Assembly (NCBI GenBank): GCA_973851085.1 | Contig: OZ316775.1 | Span: 15,128,001-15,192,000, forward strand | Reading direction: 5' to 3' | Origin: Ptychomitrium polyphyllum | Taxonomy: Eukaryota | Length of the DNA stretch: 64,000 bases | In this document: piece by piece, positions 13,448-24,472 of the stretch | Position numbering within the stretch: position 1 is the first letter of the stretch | Layout of the letters: each line of letters begins with the position of its first letter | Translations under genes and position numbers: made by a program | Notes under the pieces: generated by a model | Told to the model about the DNA's origin: nothing | What the model saw: the letters and a program-made list of their open reading frames with translations, nothing else | Databases searched by the model: none

Positions 13448-15205
13448 ATGGCGAAGGTGGAGCTGGTGATGGACAGCCGGTGCAGCACAGGGGAGAGCCC
13501 AGTCTCGTATGCGTCCGGCAATGTTGTCTTCGTCGACATCGAGGGGTGCAAGATTCTCGCCTTCGATACGGTTGCGAACCGCCCCGTTCGAGAGGTTGCA
13601 ACAAACGGGAGAATGGTCGGGAATGTTGTTCCATGTGCTTCGTCCGCCCTATCAGGCTACGATTTGCTGGCTTCTATTGAGGTCTCGCTTCCGTGATCCA
13701 ATTCTCTTCCATCTCATATTTCTACTTAGCGAGCATTTGATAGTATATCTGGGGTTCTTGGCCTGCAGTTATTGGGAAAATCTGGTTGGATCTCACGAGT
13801 TCGTTTCAATTGGGTCTTTCAGACGTCTGTTGTCCCCGTGAATTTCGAAGGCAACGACTGCAAGAGCGATCACTTAGCAACAATCCCCGACTCTCACCTC
13901 GACGCATTGAGGCCCATCAGGTTCAATGACGGGAAGGTGGATTTTCAGGGCCGTCTGTGGGCGGGCAGCATGGCTATGGACCCTACCAAGAACCCTGAAT
14001 CAGGCCGTTTGTATTGCTTGCAACGCGGGGCTTCCTTGAAAGGCCCCGAAACGCGACCAACGTATGAGCTTGTGGAGAAGATTAGCCCGGTTGGGATCTC
14101 GAACGGGACTGAGTGGTATGGGCAGCACATGTACTACATCGATTCCTCGCAACCGGTATGCCTTCGCTGCAATCGAGAATGTGCAGAAAGACAGGCAGAG
14201 CTTGTCCATTGTTGATTGAATTGTCATGATGTCTGAATATCGACAAAACAGTCCTGATGAGCGTTTCATTGTTCGGTGTCTTAACAGGAGGTGAGCGTCC
14301 TCGATTTCAATGAAGTTGAAGGCTCAATCACCAACCGGAGACGAGTTTTCCACATTCCGGAAACACGAGGTAATGGGGATGCAACTGCAATCACCTTTTA
14401 GGAGGTGGTTGCTAGGGTTAGAGAGGCCTTGGTTTCTCTAATTTCAAAATATATGACGTGACTCTCTAAGCATCTCCAAATCGTGTTTTAGCAATCCTGT
14501 GTATTTCAAGTTTTGGAGTAACATAAAGAGCGTTATTGATTTGGGTTTGCAGGGCTTCCGGACGGGATGACTATTGATGCAGACGGCAAACTCTGGGTGG
14601 CGTTGTTCGGGGGTTCGAGTATTGTGCAAATTGACCCCGAAACTCAGACTGAGCTTATGTCAGTTGAAGTGCCGGTTCTGTGTCCAACCAGCGTGGCCTT
14701 CGGAGGTATTTCACCAGCTTTACAAGGACTCCACGCCTTCCAACTTGTTTTTCTTGTTTGCAGGTTGCGTAAATAGTGTTCATCCCACCTCGTTCTACAC
14801 AAGCTGCTTGATGACACAATGATCCTCCATCCATGTTTATCAGTGGTGTCTGCATAGCGCAAGGGTGGTCTAATTTCGCAAGGATGGTGGATTGACAGGA
14901 AAAGATTTGAGTGAACTTTATGTGACAACTGGAGCTTCAGGTACGGCACCTTCTCTTTATATCAGTTTTTTCAGCTTCTTGTTTACGCTTGTTGAAGCAC
15001 ATTCTCAGTAGGTTGGACTGAAGTAACCGTTCTCTAGTCATCATCGCATTTCTTCTGGTTCTGATTGCTAAGATGGGGATGTGGATGGGGTTGTCTGGCA
15101 GGCGAAGAGAAGAAAGGAGGGAGTTCCCAACACCGAGGGGGTTTGTTCCGGGTTCGTATTCCAGGAGTGAAGGGTCTTTCATTCTCACGGGCGTTCACAC
15201 AATGA
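13448..15205 (+). CDS. SMP-30/gluconolactonase/regucalcin-family six-bladed beta-propeller lactonase, 6 exons (13448-13681, 13823-14155, 14288-14369, 14553-14705, 14899-14940, 15102-15205), 315 aa
   Basis: All four metal-ligand motifs are present (GESP, RFNDGKVD.QGRLWAGSM, ISNG, PDGMTIDADGKLWVA), followed by PTSVAFGG.DLSELYVT and GGLFRVRIPGVKG. 948-nt in-frame splice. Confidence 0.9.
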
Positions 15206-16062
15206 CAAGGACGCGGACTGTTCCTCACAAAGATGGTGAATTTGAACAGGTCCTCGACATATAAGGATCTGGTGCACAATATAAACTCCATTTGATCTTT
15301 AGCTAGGATATTGAATGAAGATGACCGAAACCTCGTAATGTTTTTGCAAAGTGAAGCTTCAGAATATTTGCAAACAGGCCGTTTCATTTAATGCTTTGGT
15401 TGAGCTGGAATCTGTGCTGCAAAGTGCAGGGAACCATATTCAAAGAATTATGACGGCTGACTACGCTCCTCAACCCTTCCAAAAGTGCCTGATCACATCC
15501 AGGGGAGAGTAGTGAAAGGGATACATATTATTGAAAGTGTCTGAACTAGTTGGAATTGAAAATGAAGAAGGTGATTGAAAATGAAGAACTCTTATTGCTG
15601 AAACTGACCCAAGACCAAAAGACAAGCTTTCTAAATATTGTATGTTATGGTCAGGTTCATCATTGCTCATAACAAATTATATAGAAGCCTTAGACGAACC
15701 AAATGAGACATGTGACACTTCTAATGACATTCTGAATGATTGGATTTTAAAATGTATTTGTCTTAACAAACTTTGGTTTTAGAAATATAAATAAAAAAGG
15801 TGATAAAACTATTAAGTGACTACATAGTTGTGAAATTAATATAGGATAATTTAATATCCTTAGTTTAAATTTACGACTATTTTACATGTAAAGGAGATTT
15901 CAATTTTGGAAAGTCAGTTCATTTCTTTGAAACCTTTTTGAAACCATCTTTCATTTATTGATATACTATTAATAGCTTGATTTAAGGCTAAGGCTAAGAC
16001 AATCCTTTTAAACACCTTTAAAAAAACAACTTTATCATTGAAAAGGTACAACTTCATTATCA

Positions 16063-16128
16063 AAACCTAATTTTAGTACTCATACCTTCGTGTATAAACC
16101 TAATTTTAGTACTCATACCTTCGTGTAT
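16063..16128. repeat. Perfect 33-bp direct tandem duplication
   Basis: AAACCTAATTTTAGTACTCATACCTTCGTGTAT x2. Confidence 0.95.
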
Positions 16129-17341
16129 TCATCACTGTGGGCCTTCACCATCATATGTTTTTTGATTTTCCATTTCTTACAGCAAGAATGAGTTGTTTAA
16201 ATTAACGTTTGAAAGATTAATTGAAGGAACTTATATGTCGACTAAAGTTGTTAAATTTAGTCTAAACTTCACAAATAAGAAGGAATTAAATGGCTTCTTA
16301 GTTTCACCTCAACCTCAACTTGACAAGTACACTAAAATCAATAACGTAGAATTATGATTGAAAGGGATTTGGGGCCTATGCAAGTATGTTTTTCACAGTT
16401 TTGCATCTTTGTACCACCAAAAATGTTTCTGCTCTTTTCACGTAGTCACTAGTTTTGGATGAAAATCTTAACATTAGGTTGAAAACTTGCACATACAGAC
16501 GAAGTGAGATACGATTATACATTGCACATACAAAGTGAGACGTTAACATAGACTTCATGTAGCCACTCTACCTACAATGGAAATAACTTGTCTGCGCAAA
16601 AATGAAAAGGAAAGCCCTGCATCGCTCCAAAACGTCAAAGCTTCCGGATAAGATGTGCAGTGGTGAGGAACATGCCTTGGAAACGTTGGGACCTAAGAAG
16701 CTGTTCCTGAGCTTTTACTGGTTCACAATTCTTTCAGGTTCCCCAGAAGTGTAGACATCATCAACAATAAAGATCACATCACTTAATCTTTTCTTGCAAG
16801 TGATGGAAGTTACATGTTACATTCATATTTAGGTTCGAAGCACGAAAGGGTGATGTTGTGCATACACTAAACTATGCTTAATGTCGTCAGACAATCTGTT
16901 TCACAAAATTGACATGACCAGCTGGAATGGGGCCTACCTCTATCTTATGCAAGTCTTCCGGCACAACATCGAAGCCAGCTGCTGAGAAGCGCAGAGGGTG
17001 ATATGAAGTTTCCGTATCCGAAGGTGGTTCTGCATCAGCTAATTCAAACCTTTTCGTCACAGCTCTCCTTCATACTGCAGGCCTCACGTGATCAACCAAG
17101 CAAACATTTCTCAGCGATGACACAAGACGTTATAGAAGCCTCCAATTGAATATCATTCACCTAGTCCGTACAGTGTCATCACGCAATGAGATGATAATCA
17201 AAACGGGAGCTTGTTGACCCAATCAAAAGTACCGCTTAGCACCGAGATTTTAGTGTTCATGAAGGTATGCCTATGGTGATGCCGTCCCCGTTTCCGGCAA
17301 GCCAACTTCACTTCTGTAACAAACTCCAAGTAAAAGCATGA

Positions 17342-17438
17342 GAACATAGGGGTACGTCCCGAAGCTGTATACAATCCTCTACCTGATGAAAATTTGAAAT
17401 AGAAGATCGTATACAGCTTTGGAATGAACTCCAGGGTC
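17342..17438 (-). ncRNA. miRNA precursor candidate (miR1215-like); predicted mature 5p UCAUUCCAAAGCUGUAUACGA at 17427-17407
   Basis: Arms 17424-17399 and 17382-17357 pair at 25 of 26 positions, including 4 G:U pairs that work only on the minus strand. 16-nt loop and imperfect lower stem. The 21-mer differs at 2 positions from Physcomitrium miR1215 as I recall it (unverified). Confidence 0.7.
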
Positions 17439-17774
17439 CACACGGAAACGACCTAGCTTGAAGCGCAACTACCGATGACGACAACCAACCACCGTCTCTT
17501 CCACACACCCACACCCACACTGTTTCCCACAGATGCTCATGTGTTTCAAGTTTACAAACTCACTCCTCAGTACTTGGAAACAAAGTGCTTAATAATCCCA
17601 CCCACGGCTGTACTCACTTCGAAACCGAGAAGACCAAAATGTACGGCAACAGTGTGACGAAGAACACCTGCACAGAACACACCTAAACCGGGAAGGAGCG
17701 TGAACGGGAGGGAAGACGAAAACAACTCGATTGGGATGAAGAGGAGAGTTAAATACCAATACGGACTGAGGCGC

Positions 17775-17890
17775 CAAACCCTAAAGCGCTTGCAGCCCTA
17801 AACCATAACTACTGTAGCTGGGGTTCTCCTAAATCCGGTTGACCTAATCTATGGGCGATGGATGGGAGGCACAAAACCCTGAACCCTAAA
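17775..17890. promoter_or_regulatory. Telo-box-like AAACCCTA motifs marking a probable promoter/leader for the minus-strand non-coding unit
   Basis: AAACCCTAAA near 17776 and AAACCCTGAACCCTAAAA near 17874. The same motif, in the same orientation, lies upstream of the minus-strand SNAPIN gene (about 2455-2480). Confidence 0.4.
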
Positions 17891-18290
17891 ACCTTTGTTT
17901 CAGATATGATGTAAAAAGTTACTTGAAATGGTTCAGCAGTTCAAGCCAGTCACCTTCACCTTGGAAGTGGGAAATCAACAAAATAATGATAGTAAGTGCA
18001 TGAGTTAAATAATTATAATACAAATTTTTTCAATCTTGAACCAAAGGTTTTGATAATGATATTGTACCTTTGGAATTAGACTTATAGGTTTGATGGATCT
18101 ATCTTCAGAGGAGTCATTGAAGAATGTTATCCCAGTAGTACACTACCAGGAAAATTGTTGATTGTCAGTGAACGAATCCCGATGCTTGCTTACAATTATT
18201 TTCAGTAGATTGTCTATAAACAGATTGGGCACACACTCTTCCAGTGTATGTCCTGTAGTATGTACAACTTATGGGTCTGAACTTCTGAAC

Positions 18291-21200
18291 CTACGATAGG
18301 ACTTTACAGAGGGGATTGTCACGGGGGAACCAGTCTCGGAACGTAACTATGCAATCCGAGGCGGCGGGGTTTGCGTGAGACATGAGCTGGTTGGACGATT
18401 CAGTGGTGCCGATGTAATCGCACTGGCTGAGCGCTGACTCCATTGTCAGCCTCACCATCTCTTCGTCCTGTTCCTGGATCATGTCAGCTATGGCTTGAGA
18501 CGCATCCATTCCTGAGTTGCTTGTCCAGTCCCGTGGGTCGATCCGTGGTCCCTGCAGAGACAGAGTTCAGAAGATTATGATGCATATCCTTTCTTAGACA
18601 GATGGATAACTATCCAAGAAAGGATCATGCAACACCCCGACTACACAAAGTGCGCTTGAAGGTGGTGGATTACCTTGCAGCATTGCATGTAGTGTTGGTT
18701 CGCCTCGCTCTCTTCCACACTACCTGGAAGAATTCTAGTCCCATACCAGGAATCATCGTCTGCTGATTCTACAAGTACATACCTGCACTCAAAACGCCAA
18801 AAAATTGAACTTGTAAATCAATGTTTTGAGTATGGCGATGTGATGGTTTGGAGTTTAGGGGTTTAAGGTTTTGTCCTACCTTGAAAAGAGCTCTTCTTCA
18901 GCATCAGGGCTTAGGGACGCAAGCCAATCCAAGTCACTGAACTCTTTTTCCAAATCTGTTAGTTTCTCTTCGGCTGCACCTTGCTCGGCATGAGGTTTCG
19001 GTGACCTTTCACCTCCAGGTTTGGGCTGACCATAGAGCCAATTCGGGCTCTTCAGCTGCACCTCCCTGAAGGAAGACATCAAGATCTTCAATGAGAACAT
19101 ATCAAAGAACTTTCAATAGCATTGGTATGAAAACAGTACAAGAAATGCCATCACTGTATTTCGTGCTGGTTATGACGCTTCTTTGCTTTTGGATGTCATA
19201 GAACGGTGCACCAGAAGGATCAAATAAAACGTTGCACTTACGCAGCGTCTCTCGCAACCCCTGTAACTGAGCTACTTTTAGGCCCATTCTCTGTGTACAT
19301 GCGCACATTTGTAACAGGCCCACAGATCTCCTGGAACACAGACAACATCTATCAATATACTTGTGCAGACACATTAACCTTATTGAATAAACTTCAACGA
19401 AACCAGATTCAGAACGATACATATATTGATGAGTGGTTTGCTACGAAGTATTTTCAGGTTTAGTGTGCACCAAATAAATATATATAAGAGTGGTAATTTA
19501 GAGATTAAAGAAAGGGAATCTTGCTACAAGAACCTGGAGCTTAGCGAATGATGTCAACTTCAGTCGATGGAAATCTTCCCGACATGGAGAGTTGACATAT
19601 AATTTATTCTTCCGGGATTTCTGAGATTTCAACAGGGCATTTCCACAGGTTTCCTTGATCAATTTTCTGCAAGACCAGGCATTGATGTCATCAAATGGAA
19701 ATGATGTTGAAAAATGAATATCAACAAAAACAGTAGTATGTGATAGGGTCTTGGTGCTTACTTATCATCTGCACTTACTAAGTCCTCCCCTCGCCCTCCA
19801 ACGTGCAGATAGTAGTCCGATTCCAGCTCCCAAAGAGCTGGTTTTCCTTCTTGAGGATGGAAATGGCCTAGAAACCTGATGAGCAAAGTAGAACTAGTTC
19901 ACGTCAGGAAAACAGTGAGTTTTTTGGCACTTGCAAAATGTTCATGGTGACCTGGGTTTGCGAATTGTTCATTAATTTCAACTTTATGAAGAGAACACAT
20001 ACAAGTTCATAGCATCCTGTTTTTCACCGTCCGTAATGGTGTTGCTGTAGTAACGCCTGATAGACTTCATGAACTCTTGTGAGTGAGTTGTTGCCTTCCA
20101 CTTTCCCTGCCTTTCCGGAAATACCTGCAATTATTCCTTTCAGTCCACTACATACTTCTAAATTCTTTCCAAGTACTTGTAAAAAACAGTTCTTTTAAAT
20201 TCTAAAAAACTTCTTAAATCTTCTTTCAAATTCAGAAGTACATGCTGAAATTCATGACGCGAAAATGATACTTGGAGCAAGCAATGTAAGAAAACATCAG
20301 GAAATAGGCTGAATTCATTTTTAAGCAGCATAAATTAGAAGTCTTCTTTTCGTATGATGGTTGGAACATTAGGACAAGCTTACATAGTTATGAGCCTCAG
20401 AGCCACCGTACTGAAGTGCAAGAGAATCGCCCATGTCTTGATACATATCCATAAGAGCAGCTGCCACCCCACAGTCTGGATCTAACTTACGGATATCCGT
20501 GAGGCCGACACCTTGGAGTTGGCGTCCGAGAGCTTCCAGGCCGTAAGCATATTGAGCAACATTTGTACGATCGAGGCAATCGATACAGTTGGTCCTGAGA
20601 ACGCCATTCTGGTAGAACGGCTCACTTGCCTTGTCAATGATAGGAGCTTTTTTTTCATTGACAACCTCTTGAAATATAAGCCTGCCGTTCATGCTGCTGT
20701 TGCCAACAGCTGAGAAAAGTTTGCCCAGATCCAGAGATAACTGTCGGCTCCCCAGATTCAATGCCAGACGACGGTCTGAAGACAGATCTAGTGATCCGGT
20801 TCGGTCTCTCAAGGGAGATAACCTTGTTCCAGGTGTAATTCTGCTAAAAATTTCATTCAAATTTTAAGAAATCTTTTACGCTGATTTAACTTGTACCAAG
20901 CACCAATCGCATTTAATTTGAAGCGCTAATTCTAAAATGTAAGTGTTAATCAAAAGTGCAAGTGGGAGTGGGTTTGTAAATGAAAAGAAAAAGATTGATA
21001 GTAACATGGTTTGATATCAACTGCACATGAATTCATACTTAAGCTATTGCTTTGTAGTTTAAATGAAGATCCTAAAACCGTTGCTTAGTTATGCTCATGA
21101 TCAAAGATCCAACAAGTAAATATCTCACTAAGCCATCTTATGAAGGTTGAATTTTGTTCTGTTTATGCCAAAATTCTGCAGGTACCCCAGTGCACCTGAT

Positions 21201-24200
21201 TTAAGCATATCACACGACATAGCTCACAATAAAAACTTACGGTGGAGCAGTTGGTATGAGGCTCTGTTGTGGTTTCCGTTTGGAAACAAAGGTTTTGCCA
21301 CTATAGTAAAATCCGGTGAGATCAAGTGCGTCCGCTGCCACACTTCCCAGAACCGCCAGCACGTTGGCTGATTTACTGCCACTGGGACGAAAGAATTTGG
21401 TGAGCCGCACTTTCACTTCTCAAATTAGAGTCACCATGTGATAGAGATGCTAAACAGTCTCAATCCAGTAAAGGACCTTTATGTCTTGTGGTGAACATGA
21501 ACGCACCTCTTAGCAAATTTGTGAAAATCCCAGTGTATGAATTTCAGCCGCCTTTCCTCAGGGTACATTTGGTTCAGGTACCCAACTGCATTGGCGAATT
21601 CTCGGCGCAACATCATCTCACGAGGCCGTTTCTCCACTGTCTGCACATAATCACAACCACTACCACTTTTGAAACTCTGAGATAACTCCGCAAGCCGCAC
21701 ACGATTCGTTAACAGACGATGGAAGAGGAAAGGACCAACACAAAACATTCAGAGAAGGAGACAGACTCGGAGAACATTCAAGGCATGCCCAAGTAGCCTA
21801 CCTTGATGAGGCTTAAAATAATAATGGGGTTCCCGTATCTATTTGCAAGGTCGTCGAAGTGAAGCTTAGTGGCATGGTAAACGGGATCAAACCTCTGTAC
21901 TGTCAATTCCACAAAGCAACGGCAGGATGATCTTTCAGTCATGTTTCCTATCATCGTTTCTGAGCTACTGTGACACCTCTTGACTTAGTAGGCAACTGTT
22001 ACGGGTGCTATCACTATTCTTGTTGCAAATTATGCTAGTTCAGATCCAATCTATAACCAGGACATTGTACAATACTGCCTGCAACGATAACCTTGTTGTC
22101 AATCATCTCTTCACTCTTAGGGGTCCCAAAAACTTAGTTTTACTCTGCCGGGTTCCTTTAAATAAAAAATATTCTTATATTAATAACCCTGCATACGTAC
22201 ACTACTTACATATCTACACTCTCTTTCTTTAGATAATTTTTTTTCTTATATTAATAACCCTCTGTCTATGACAAACTTCAATTGCACCTGCACCTTCACC
22301 GTCTTCACCTTCACCTGCACCTTATACCATATTAAGTGGAAACGTTTTTGAAACTAATAACTCTCATAACCTACTAATTTACAATAATTAAATATGCGAG
22401 GTCTAGCGACTATCCCAAGCTTTACCTGTATGCTAGAATATTGACCATACTTTTCCTTGAACATAATCATTTTGTTGGTATAAGTGATAAACTGAGCAGA
22501 AAATTAGCAGGGGTTACTTACAAATTATGTCAGGCTTTGGACTAAGGCGAGATATTTCTTGGGACCAGAAGAGAGGGATGGAGCCTCGATGTTGCACCAC
22601 AGAACTAATTTGCCCCGTGCAAGAGTTGATTCCCGTCTCCTCATTTGAGACTATCTGCTCTGTTTCTACATCGTTTGCCACTCTACCTTTGTCATTGACG
22701 CCTCTCTTCAAGTACCTGCACTAGCCCAGTTCACATTAGTAGTGATGATGATACCGTAGCCTCAGATGTTTCAGCCAGCATACTCTTAGTTCACAGCAAT
22801 CAGAAACCGTTCACAGTTTACGGTGGTGCTACTTCTGCAGAACACTCACCGTGTACCAGCGAAATGCCTAGAGCGCCTTGCAATGAGTGTTATGGCAAAA
22901 ATACGCCCAAATATTGATAACCTTGTCTGCACATAAGAAAAGAGGTCTGTTTCTCAGTGAACGATTTGAGAGCCTCCACACTTTCTTGTTCACAAAGTCA
23001 GTTTTGTTCTAAACATTGATAAATATTGTTGCATTACTTGTCACGTACCACTACCTGTCACTCACGACTTTTATCAGCTACTTTTCAAAACCCAGAGTAG
23101 CTTGTACGATGTCCTGAAATGTGGTCAGAGCATGGAAACAGAGTGATGCAGATTGTCATACCTGCTCAAAAAAACCATGCACAAGAGCGACGATCCACCG
23201 AGTGTTCTTAAGGGACTGTCGAATGCCGCGTGTAAGGAAGGCGTTCCAAACGAACATGTTGTCATAAGGCATGCTGTTGCCATCCATTGATTTCACATTT
23301 TCCTGCAAATTCCGCATGATGGGATAGGTGTAGCTGAAGTAGAAATCTTTTGTCAGGTCCACACCTCCCAGCAGTTTTTTGTACCTGTACGAACAAAAGC
23401 TTGAAACTGAACTCCGATAAGACTAAAAGCATTTTGAAAGAATGATTAATTCGTGCATTGTCAGGTGTGAATTTCTAGAATCCATACATCCAAAACAGAA
23501 GACATTGTAAAACCATATAATGATGTCCATAACTGAACTCTGCAAGAGTGCTAAACCATACGAAACCTGAACTTGGTAGTCAAGACTATAAATGCCCACA
23601 TGGTTGAAAGAGAGTGAAAGAGAACCTGAGTTCCACCTTCGAATGAGAAGCTTCAGTTTGCACGGTAAAGTGAGGGACGGCGATGAGTTGACTTTCGTCA
23701 ATGCAATAAATTGCGTGCCCACAGAGTGTGCCAATCTGACGCCGCTTTGTCACAAGAATCAAGTAATATGACTCGGTGAATTTGATGAAACCTAATCAAG
23801 AGCATGTGTCAGTTGGCAAAAGTTAATATCAAGCAGACGGTCGTTTCGTAATTCGCGACATGATTTTCTTGGACTTTATATATAGTGAACACGTACCCAC
23901 AATGCCATAAGCTTTAGTGACAAACGTGAGACCGCCAGTCGACTTGTTTCCTTCAGCAACGCGTGCCAAGAGTAGCAGTATCTCAGCCTCAGTATATATG
24001 GTGGGGTCTTCCAGCATGCTCAGCTCTGAAGCCTCCGAGCGGTCGATCTTCAGCACCTGCCAGTGCAGCTTCTTCTTGTCCCTTCCCACCAAATAGAATT
24101 TCTGCCATAACATGCACCGGCCAGCTCTGTCACCAACTAATCTTCAACTAGGATGACGTTTACTAAAACCAATATAAAGATTTTCAAATTCCTGTTCAAT

Positions 24201-24472
24201 GCCGGTCATTACCACTTCGGAATGCGAGCACGAACAAATCGACTCACTACAAGATTTCAGAAACTTCAAACGCAATCACATAGAAAAATTCGACTTGTGG
24301 GGCGATGGCTAATTCGAATGAACAAGGAATTCAGAGTTGGTGCCCCGCGAAAAGTGCATACCGCGCGGGTCTCGTAAAGGGTAAATTTCTCAAGAGAGTA
24401 GCTACTCTGGGCGTCCAAATCCTTGTTACTCTCAACTAATGGTTTGGGACTTGTGCTGGCCGGCGGAGCCAT
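18291..24472 (-). CDS. FIG4: SAC-domain phosphoinositide phosphatase, FIG4/plant SAC1-5 type, multi-exon
   Basis: Exons encode [78 protein letters not shown], the catalytic CX5R motif [12 protein letters not shown], and [20 protein letters not shown] at 24472 has an in-frame upstream stop. Not every internal exon boundary was verified. Confidence 0.93.
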
